From positions 5,664,001 to 5,728,000 of the forward strand of contig OY762069.1 of the NCBI GenBank assembly GCA_963665095.1: a stretch of DNA of 64,000 nucleotides, written 5' to 3'. Positions 57,008 through 64,000 of this stretch are shown here, piece after piece. Position numbers and translations under genes: made by a program. The notes beneath the pieces are model-generated. The model was not told the origin of the DNA and did no database searches. It was given only the letters and a program-made list of their open reading frames with translations. Numbering within the stretch: position 1 is the first letter of the stretch; each line of letters starts with the position of its first letter. Source of the stretch: an uncultured Desulfobacter sp. (GTDB taxonomy: Bacteria; Desulfobacterota; Desulfobacteria; Desulfobacterales; Desulfobacteraceae).

Positions 57008-57917
57008 GGCCAGGTTTATCCTGTAAATGTTTCAGCCGTCTGAAAAGATCGGAATCCGTGGACATGATTACCGTGCTCCTGTCATCCAGAATATCCTTGT
57101 ACAATTCCATGGATTTTAAGAACTCAAAAAATTCCTTATCCTTGGCATAGGCTCGGGCATAAATTTCAAGGGCCTTTTGATCCCCTTCCCCTTTCAAAAT
57201 TTCGGCCTGTTTAAAGGCTTCGGCCAGAATTTCTTTGGCCTGGCGGTTGGCTTTGGCCCGAATTTTTGTGGCCTCTTCCTTGCCTTCGGCCCTGAATTTT
57301 CGGGCCTCTTTTTCCCGTTCCGAGCGCATGCGGTTGTATACGGCGTCGGCCACCACAGCAGGGTACGCCAGTCTGCGCACGCCGATCGCAACCACCTCAA
57401 CCCCGTATCTTTCAGTGGCACTGGCATTGGTATTGCCCAGTATCCGCTGTTCCAACTGCTCAAGCTTTACCTTTGACGGGTCAGTATTGATGATATTGTC
57501 CAGCTTAAACGCACCTAAAACATTGCCCATCTGCGAATTCACCATGTCCGACAGTTTCTGAGTGGCAATCTGGCTGCTTAACAGCGACTGAAAAAACAGC
57601 AACGGATCTTTAACCCGCCAGCAGATATAACAAGTAATGATGATAGGATTTTTATCCCCAAGCAGCAGTTGAATGGGCTTGGTGTTAAAAATATGCGTCC
57701 GCCGTTCAATACGGTTCACGGTTTCAAGAAACCCGGGCCGTTTCAGGTGAAGTCCTGTGGCACTCATGGTTGCCACGGGTTTGCCGAACCGTGTGAGCAC
57801 CACATACTCCCGCTGGGATACCGTATATGTACAAAGCCAGGTCATCAGCAACGCAACAACAACCATGCCGAAAACCATATATTTGATTCTACCTTTTTTC
57901 ATGTTGGGTATGTCCAT
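57000..57917 (-). CDS. hflC: HflC-like SPFH protein
   Basis: 'VLTRFGKP', 'VYNRMRSER...A..FRAEG.EEA', 'GEGD..A..IYA.AY..D.EFF.F'. Confidence 0.9.
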   Translation of the reverse strand: MDIPNMKKGRIKYMVFGMVVVALLMTWLCTYTVSQREYVVLTRFGKPVATMSATGLHLKRPGFLETVNRIERRTHIFNTKPIQLLLGDKNPIIITCYICWRVKDPLLFFQSLLSSQIATQKLSDMVNSQMGNVLGAFKLDNIINTDPSKVKLEQLEQRILGNTNASATERYGVEVVAIGVRRLAYPAVVADAVYNRMRSEREKEARKFRAEGKEEATKIRAKANRQAKEILAEAFKQAEILKGEGDQKALEIYARAYAKDKEFFEFLKSMELYKDILDDRSTVIMSTDSDLFRRLKHLQDKPGHE

Positions 57918-57938
57918 TCATTGATAGTCATTAACCAA

Positions 57939-59678
57939 TTACCGGATAAACTCTTCACCAAAATCCATCCAGACATCCGGGGTGCCCGCATCAGGATCTA
58001 CAATGATCTTGGTTTTATTTTTAAGCGCATCCATCATGGTTTCATGATAGATCCGTGACATGGATATCTGCTTTTCGGCCCGGGTGGACGGCAGGCGCAG
58101 TTCAAACCGTGTGGCCTTGCCCAGGGCCTGACTCAAGCGCATGACACTGTCTGCGGCGGCTGTCTGAACCTGGTTTTCCGCCCGGCCCCGGGAATCAGGC
58201 AATACATTGTTGGCATAGCTGATGGCCTGATTGATCAATTCCTGTTTTTTCTGAAATCCTGCCACCACATTTTCAAAGGATTTGGCAATGGAGATGGGCG
58301 GATGGATGTCTTTAAAATTGACGCTGATCAGCTCTATCCCGCTTTTGTTCTGATCCAGTACCGCCTGAATGGTCTGTTTCATTTTCTCCTGCAGTGTTCC
58401 GCGCTCGGTGGTGGCAATATCGTAAAATGTCTTTTTTGCAAAAAGGGAGACAGCCGCCCTGTGTCCGGTTTCATTTAGAAACATCCGGGCATCCGAATAA
58501 TTGTATAAATACAGGTATGGGTTGCTCACCCGGTAATGAAGAATAATGTACGGGTAAAAAAAATTATTGTCCCCGGTTAAAAACGCCTCCTCACTGCCGT
58601 GCTTAAGGGTCCAGATAAAGGCATTTGCTTCGTCACTGCTGACATTGCCGATGCTCAGCTTCTCAATGGTGAATGTAGAGACCTTAAACACCTTGTCCAC
58701 CGGCCAGGGCAGTTTCAAATGAAAACCCGGCAACACGACAGCCCCCTGATTCAATGGCTGACCAAACCGTTCAACAATGGCGGATTCATTGACCGCCACC
58801 GTATAACAGGCGGTTGATCCGTAAAGGCCGACCAGCACAACAAGCGGGGCGGTAAGGATGGCCCTGTAAAGCAGGGTCCCCTTCCGGCTGCCACCAAAAA
58901 TGCGGACCAGGAGCTGATGAAGCTGTCCGGACAGCTGTCGAAGAGTCTGCCTGCTGAACACAGACAGCAGCGCGGTTAGAAACCGGTATGAGTGAAGGGA
59001 AGAACCGTTTCTATCCCGGTACACCCGGTAGGCATTGACAAAGGTATCAAGGGCCAGACAAAGTATGATAAACCCGATGATCCCGGCCATCCATTTATCA
59101 AGGTTCACGCCCATGGCATAAAGAATCAGGCTGAATCCTGTCAAAAGACTTGCAAACATATCTGCCTTGGCATGCATACCGTCGGAGACCAGTCCAAGTG
59201 AGGCCTGGGCTCTACCGATATGTGTCTCAAAGGTGGAGACCAGAAATGAGGCAATGGAAAAAATGATAAAAATGATACCGGAGAGCAACGGATTTCGAAT
59301 AATGATCTCCCGGGAGACCAGAACCTCTTTAAATACCAGGCAGGAAATCCCGAGAAGCAGAAGGCCGATACATACCGAGGCGGCAATTTCCATACGGCTT
59401 ACGGGCGTGGCACAGGCCTGCTCACAATCAGTTTCAGCGGTTGCCCCCCTGGACCTGCCGGAAACCAGAATGGCAATACAAACCAGTGCACTGGTGGCAA
59501 TATCGGTAAAGCTGTGCCAGGCCTCGGCCAGGACTGCCAGGCTGCCGGACAGCCAAAAGACAACAAATTTGAGCCCGGCAAGAACAACATTCAAGCCAAA
59601 GACAATGGCTGCTGCTTTGGATGTACTCGACCACCTTTCTGAAGATCCTTGCACTATTTCACCATTATTACCCGCCAT
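57939..59678 (-). CDS. Cation diffusion facilitator TM domain fused to an HflK-like SPFH domain
   Basis: CDF motifs 'SGSLAVLAEAWHSFTD' and 'SDGMHAKAD'; C-terminal 'ERFG..PGFHLKLPWP', 'LTGDNN', 'HPP'. Confidence 0.8.
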   Translation of the reverse strand: MAGNNGEIVQGSSERWSSTSKAAAIVFGLNVVLAGLKFVVFWLSGSLAVLAEAWHSFTDIATSALVCIAILVSGRSRGATAETDCEQACATPVSRMEIAASVCIGLLLLGISCLVFKEVLVSREIIIRNPLLSGIIFIIFSIASFLVSTFETHIGRAQASLGLVSDGMHAKADMFASLLTGFSLILYAMGVNLDKWMAGIIGFIILCLALDTFVNAYRVYRDRNGSSLHSYRFLTALLSVFSRQTLRQLSGQLHQLLVRIFGGSRKGTLLYRAILTAPLVVLVGLYGSTACYTVAVNESAIVERFGQPLNQGAVVLPGFHLKLPWPVDKVFKVSTFTIEKLSIGNVSSDEANAFIWTLKHGSEEAFLTGDNNFFYPYIILHYRVSNPYLYLYNYSDARMFLNETGHRAAVSLFAKKTFYDIATTERGTLQEKMKQTIQAVLDQNKSGIELISVNFKDIHPPISIAKSFENVVAGFQKKQELINQAISYANNVLPDSRGRAENQVQTAAADSVMRLSQALGKATRFELRLPSTRAEKQISMSRIYHETMMDALKNKTKIIVDPDAGTPDVWMDFGEEFIR

Positions 59679-59970
59679 GTTTTAAAGTTCCTGATAAACA
59701 CCGTTTCCGGTATTCAATTGAATTGTATTCCTGACAGAACAAACAACATCGTATATCATCTGTCAAAATTTTTATCATCCAAGCTAACAAAAGTGTTTCA
59801 GCCTGTATATAGGCGTAAATAATTTTTATCTTTTTCCTGCAAAGTACGGCCTTCCCAGCTAAAACATGCTTGACATCCTGTCTGTCTATGTACTAAAGGA
59901 CCCTTAAATCCTCCACCCAGAAGGGTGGAAAAAATTTAAAAAACAGCATTTTTTTCATAAATAACTGACC

Positions 59971-60027
59971 AACGGCCACGAAGGCTTTGCAATGTATTTG
60001 CAGATTCTTCGTGGCCGTTTTTTATTT
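59971..60027 (+). terminator. Intrinsic terminator in the 5' leader of the ABC operon
   Basis: AACGGCCACGAAG...CTTCGTGGCCGTT then TTTTATTT, 12 nt before ATG 60040. Confidence 0.7.
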
Positions 60028-60039
60028 GGATATCGTGTC

Positions 60040-61080
60040 ATGAAACCCGACCATACAAGAAAACTTAACGTGTCAGGGGCCGGTTCAGGGATTCTTTTTA
60101 TCATTCTGGTTGCCACCGGTCTGTTCTGTCTTCGGGCCGGCTCATGCCAGGTGCAGTCCACCATGTTATTAAAAACCATTTCATCCCACCTTTTTCACTG
60201 GCCGGCCCCTGACACTATTCCCGCACTGAACCACACCATCATCTGGGAGATCCGGCTTCCCCGGGTTCTTTTGGCAATAGCTTCGGGTATCTGCCTGTCT
60301 GTTTCCGGTGTGGTGTTCCAGGGCTGTTTCAGGAATCCCCTGGTGGAACCCTATGTGCTCGGCGCCTCTTCAGGCGCTGCATTTGGCGCAGCCCTGGGTA
60401 TTGTTTTTCCCTCCTTTTTCCTCTCTGTACAGATCATGGCCTTTTTGTTTGCGGCCCTGGCTGTGAGCATGGCCTATGCCATGGCCCGGACCGGCCCTGA
60501 CACCCCGGTGGTGACACTGGTGCTCTCCGGCATTATCACAGGCTCGGTGTTTTCCTCCCTGGTAGGTCTGCTCAAATATCTGGCCCAGGATACAGCCCTG
60601 CGGGAGATCGTATTCTGGCTCATGGGCGGATTTTACTATGCGGGATGGCAGGAGGTGGGCATTCTGTTTGCAGTGGCAGCCGTGGGATTAAGCGTCATCT
60701 GGACCTCCGGTTGGAAACTCAATGTCATGTCCATGGGAGAGGAAGAAGCCAGAAGCCTTGGTATCCATCCGGGCAGAACCCAGCTGCTGCTCATCGGCCT
60801 TTCCACCCTGATGACGGCCGCAGCCGTGGCATCCACCGGTATCATCGCCTGGGTGGGCCTGATGATCCCCCATGCGGCCCGGATCATTGTAGGCCCGGAT
60901 CATCGCCGGGTGGTACCGGCTGCTGCACTCATGGGGGCAATCTATCTTATTCTCTGCGACACCCTGGCAAGAACCCTGACCTCTGCCGAAATCCCCATCG
61001 GCATCATCACCTCCCTGGCAGGCGCCCCCTACCTGTTTTACCTGGTCAGAAGCCGGGGCGGCCAGATGTTTGGAAGATAA
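60040..61080 (+). CDS. FecCD/BtuC-family ABC permease
   Basis: 'IRLPRV', 'Q..FRNPL..P..LG.SSGA', 'GEEEA.SLG', 'VGLMIPH', 'EIPIGI'. Confidence 0.92.
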   Translation: MKPDHTRKLNVSGAGSGILFIILVATGLFCLRAGSCQVQSTMLLKTISSHLFHWPAPDTIPALNHTIIWEIRLPRVLLAIASGICLSVSGVVFQGCFRNPLVEPYVLGASSGAAFGAALGIVFPSFFLSVQIMAFLFAALAVSMAYAMARTGPDTPVVTLVLSGIITGSVFSSLVGLLKYLAQDTALREIVFWLMGGFYYAGWQEVGILFAVAAVGLSVIWTSGWKLNVMSMGEEEARSLGIHPGRTQLLLIGLSTLMTAAAVASTGIIAWVGLMIPHAARIIVGPDHRRVVPAAALMGAIYLILCDTLARTLTSAEIPIGIITSLAGAPYLFYLVRSRGGQMFGR

Positions 61081-61912
61081 CATGCTCAAAGTTGACCAGC
61101 TGACATTCTCATACGGCAAAAGCCTTCATCCGGTGCTTAAAAACATCAGCTTCCATATTCGCCAAGGGGAGTTATGTGCTCTTTTCGGCCCCAACGGAAC
61201 CGGAAAAACCACGCTGTTCAAATGCTGTCTGAAACTGCTTGTTCCGGACAGCGGCACAGTTTTCATCAATGGGAACAATACCTGCCGCATGAGTCCAAAA
61301 GAGATGGCCCGGAGGGTGGCCTATGTGCCCCAGGCCCACCAGTGTGCGTTCCCGTTTACTGTGCACCAGATGGTACTCATGGGCCGGACACCCCATCTGA
61401 ACCGGTTCTTCACCCCTTCAAAAAAGGACCGGGACATTGCCAGGCAGGCCATGGAGACCCTGGGGGTTACCCCTCTTTCAGAGACCCCCTTTAACCAACT
61501 CTCCGGCGGACAGCAGCAGATGGTGCTCATTGCAAGGGCCATTGCCCAGGAGACCGGACTGATCTTCCTGGATGAACCGGCTGCGGCCCTGGACTTTAAA
61601 AACCAGGTCAGCCTCTGGCAGACGCTCCAGGATATTGCTGCCCGGGGCACGGCCATCCTGGCCTGCACCCATGATCCCAACCATGTCTCCTGGTTCTGCC
61701 ACACCACCATGGTGTTAAACGACGCAGGCCTTCTTGCCAAAGGCTGTCCCGGGCAGGTGATGGACCAGCAGATGATGGATCAGATTTATGAAAACACCTG
61801 CCGGGTCAAAGATGTAGACGGACTTAAAATCATGATTCCCAAGGGGGTGACCCAAAATAGAGGCAAGATTGTTGACTTCCCCAAAGGACCGGAAAGGAAA
61901 AAGCACAAATGA
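61070..61912 (+). CDS. FecE/BtuD-family ABC ATPase
   Basis: GPNGTGKT, LSGGQQQ, LDEP, 'THDPNH'; start may be 61082. Confidence 0.92.
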   Translation: MEDNMLKVDQLTFSYGKSLHPVLKNISFHIRQGELCALFGPNGTGKTTLFKCCLKLLVPDSGTVFINGNNTCRMSPKEMARRVAYVPQAHQCAFPFTVHQMVLMGRTPHLNRFFTPSKKDRDIARQAMETLGVTPLSETPFNQLSGGQQQMVLIARAIAQETGLIFLDEPAAALDFKNQVSLWQTLQDIAARGTAILACTHDPNHVSWFCHTTMVLNDAGLLAKGCPGQVMDQQMMDQIYENTCRVKDVDGLKIMIPKGVTQNRGKIVDFPKGPERKKHK

Positions 61913-62778
61913 ACTATACGGATATCGACTGGAATAAGGCATGGGCCACAGAAACCGAGTTGTGGAACCAGTCTGCAGGGAAACCCTGCCAGGGATTCTG
62001 GGAGGATAAACAATCCGCCGAGGTCTTTGCAAAAAAAGATATTGAGCAGCACAGAGACAGACTGGAAAAGACCCTGGCCCATCTGACCATCACGCCGGAT
62101 ACAAAGGTGCTGGATATCGGGGCTGGCCCCGGCAACCTGGCCATTCCCATGGCCAAAAAAGCGGCATGGGTCACAGCTTTAGAGCCATCCCCCGGCATGA
62201 ACGAGGTTATGGCGGACCAGATTGCCGAGCACTGCGTTACCAACATCACCCAGATCCGGGCGGCCTGGGAGGATGTTCCAATGGAGGACCTTGTCCCGCC
62301 CTATAACCTGGTGGTGGCGTCTCTGTGTCTTGGCATGCCCGACCTTGCCGGGGCCATTGAAAAGATGAATCAGGTGTGCTGCGGCGAAGTGGCCCTTTTC
62401 TGGCATGCGGGCATCCCGGAATGGGAGAATATGCCACGGGCCCTGTGGCCGGATATTTTGGGCCGGCCCTATCACGGCGGCCCAAAATCAGACATTATTT
62501 TCCAGCTCCTTTATCAGATGGGCATTTACCCGCAGGTCAGTGTCTTTTCCAACTCCTTTTGCGAAATTTTTGATTCCATGGAAACGGCTGTGGGCTTTTA
62601 TGCCCGCAGATTCCAGATTCTTGCCCCGGAGCATGCGCCCATTGTGGAAGCCTATCTTGACCAGCACTGCAAACGGGATGAGCGGGGCCTGGTTCACCAG
62701 TTCACCCATCACATCATGAAACTGTCCTGGCAGCCCGTTGAGCGCTCTGTCACCAGCACCAGAGGAGATAAACCATGA
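61909..62778 (+). CDS. Class I SAM-dependent methyltransferase
   Basis: 'VLDIGAGPG', 'LEPS..M'; ATGA-coupled on both sides. Confidence 0.88.
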   Translation: MNYTDIDWNKAWATETELWNQSAGKPCQGFWEDKQSAEVFAKKDIEQHRDRLEKTLAHLTITPDTKVLDIGAGPGNLAIPMAKKAAWVTALEPSPGMNEVMADQIAEHCVTNITQIRAAWEDVPMEDLVPPYNLVVASLCLGMPDLAGAIEKMNQVCCGEVALFWHAGIPEWENMPRALWPDILGRPYHGGPKSDIIFQLLYQMGIYPQVSVFSNSFCEIFDSMETAVGFYARRFQILAPEHAPIVEAYLDQHCKRDERGLVHQFTHHIMKLSWQPVERSVTSTRGDKP

Positions 62779-64000
62779 CACCATACAGAATAAAGGCCCC
62801 CCTTTTCCAACTACGAAGATGGCGTACAGCTGCGGCAATCCTAATACTGATCTTTACAACCGGAATTCAGGTGCAGGCATCCCAAGAGGAGGCCTTCACC
62901 ATAACAGACTTCCATGGCCGCCGTGTTAAAATTCCAGCCCAAATCAACCGCGTGGTCACCATCAGTGACGGCATGATCGCAGGCGTCATGACCTGCCTGG
63001 GCGAGGCAAAAAAAATTGTGGGGATCGGATCGGCCTGCCTGCCGAAAATCTGGGAGTATGACATTCCTTCTACCATGGGCGCCAGCCATGAATACAGACA
63101 GGGCATGAATCCTGTATTCTTCCTTAATCCATTTTTGGCGGACCTGCCTCTGGTCAGCCAGTTTGGATCCGGAATCAACTTTGAGGCGGTTGCAGGTCTT
63201 AAACCGGACCTGATCATCATACGCACCGGCTCCTGCACCCTCTCCTATTCCGAGGATATTCTGGAAAAAAACATCCGGCTGCTGGCGTCGCTAGGGGCGC
63301 CCTTAGTGGTGCTTCACGGTCCCAATACCTTTGGCAAACCTGACATTGCCACGTTAAGCCGGGAAATTGAACTTTTAGGCAAAGTTTTTCAGAAAGAAAG
63401 ACGGGCCAAAGAGGTGGCGGATTTTCTTTTTCACACGGTCAGCGACATCAGGTCCCGCACCGCAGACATTGCCCCGGAAGCACAGAAGCGGGTATTAATG
63501 TTAGGACTCTCCCCCACGGCAAGGGAAAAAGGCGGGGCCGGCCATGTCAAAGGGGAAAAAACCATTCAGACCTATCTGCTCAATGAATTTGCCCATGCCC
63601 GCAATGCCTACTCCGGAACAGGGGCCTGGAATATTCTCAATGCAGAACAGCTCATCGCCCTGGACCCGGATCTCATTGTCCTTGTGACCGCCTGGGGCTA
63701 CCACCCCCCGGAAGAACTCTATGAAGCCCCCTATTATAAAAATCTGCAGCACCTGCGGGCCGTGAAAAACCGGGCAGTCACCGCGCTGCCCTGGACCCCG
63801 TGCAATTGTGAAAAACGGCTGGAATACCCCATTGATGTCATGGTCATGGCCAAGGCAGTCTATCCGGAAAGGTTTGAGGACATCGAGCTCTGTTCCTGGC
63901 TGACACAATTTTACATAAAGGTTTACGGCGTGGACTCAAAGACGGCTCAGGAACTGGTTGCCTGTCAGTGGATGGACTGGGCCTGCAAAGGAGATAACAA
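62775..64000 (+). CDS. Periplasmic binding protein (Fe-siderophore/cobalamin type), 3' end outside window
   Basis: Not in the ORF track; my translation MTPYRIKAPLFQLRRWRTAAAILILIFTTGIQVQASQEEAFTITDFHGRRVKIP.., later 'LKPDLII', 'LDPDLIV', 'LRAVKNRAV'; RBS GAGGAG. Confidence 0.88.
   Translation, partial: MTPYRIKAPLFQLRRWRTAAAILILIFTTGIQVQASQEEAFTITDFHGRRVKIPAQINRVVTISDGMIAGVMTCLGEAKKIVGIGSACLPKIWEYDIPSTMGASHEYRQGMNPVFFLNPFLADLPLVSQFGSGINFEAVAGLKPDLIIIRTGSCTLSYSEDILEKNIRLLASLGAPLVVLHGPNTFGKPDIATLSREIELLGKVFQKERRAKEVADFLFHTVSDIRSRTADIAPEAQKRVLMLGLSPTAREKGGAGHVKGEKTIQTYLLNEFAHARNAYSGTGAWNILNAEQLIALDPDLIVLVTAWGYHPPEELYEAPYYKNLQHLRAVKNRAVTALPWTPCNCEKRLEYPIDVMVMAKAVYPERFEDIELCSWLTQFYIKVYGVDSKTAQELVACQWMDWACKGDN

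Noticed and set aside
59880..60030. Cobalamin riboswitch before the BtuC-like operon
   Set aside because: No B12-box or GGGAA…ACTG core found by eye; kept only as an unknown leader
1..64000. CRISPR array, tRNA/rRNA, intact transposase or integrase, and the many antisense ORFs in the track
   Set aside because: No regularly spaced repeats or such genes seen; antisense ORFs are shadows of well-supported genes on the opposite strand

Overview
64 kb of a bacterial chromosome. Gene content points to a sulfate-reducing deltaproteobacterium, probably Desulfobacteraceae (inference). In order: (1) end of a type I restriction-modification locus (hsdM 3' end, hsdS with an extra C-terminal domain) translationally coupled to an ABC-type ATPase and an HNH nuclease (Septu/PtuAB-like); (2) a methylated-amine catabolic block (AOR, two pyrrolysine-free MttB methyltransferases, FAD oxidoreductase, Opp/Dpp ABC importer) beside an MFS and two URO-D-family methyltransferases; (3) housekeeping genes, including a YchF paralogue with degenerate NTPase motifs and a DAHP synthase gene preceded by an unannotated 26-aa leader peptide with ten consecutive Phe/Tyr/Trp codons and a terminator/antiterminator; (4) a sigma54-driven orange-protein (orp)-like operon containing a 34-bp G-U-rich RNA stem; (5) a decayed chemoreceptor; (6) a ~12 kb ferrosome (fez)-like cluster with three P1B ATPases, a triple-FeoA protein, a YceI protein and many small GxxxG membrane proteins; (7) htpX and traR/dksA-like genes, a secreted beta-propeller; (8) an HflK/HflC-like operon whose first gene is a CDF transporter fused to an SPFH domain; (9) a FecCD-type ABC importer plus methyltransferase behind a leader terminator. 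No rRNA, tRNA, CRISPR array or intact IS element was seen. All calls come from motif reading; no searches were run.
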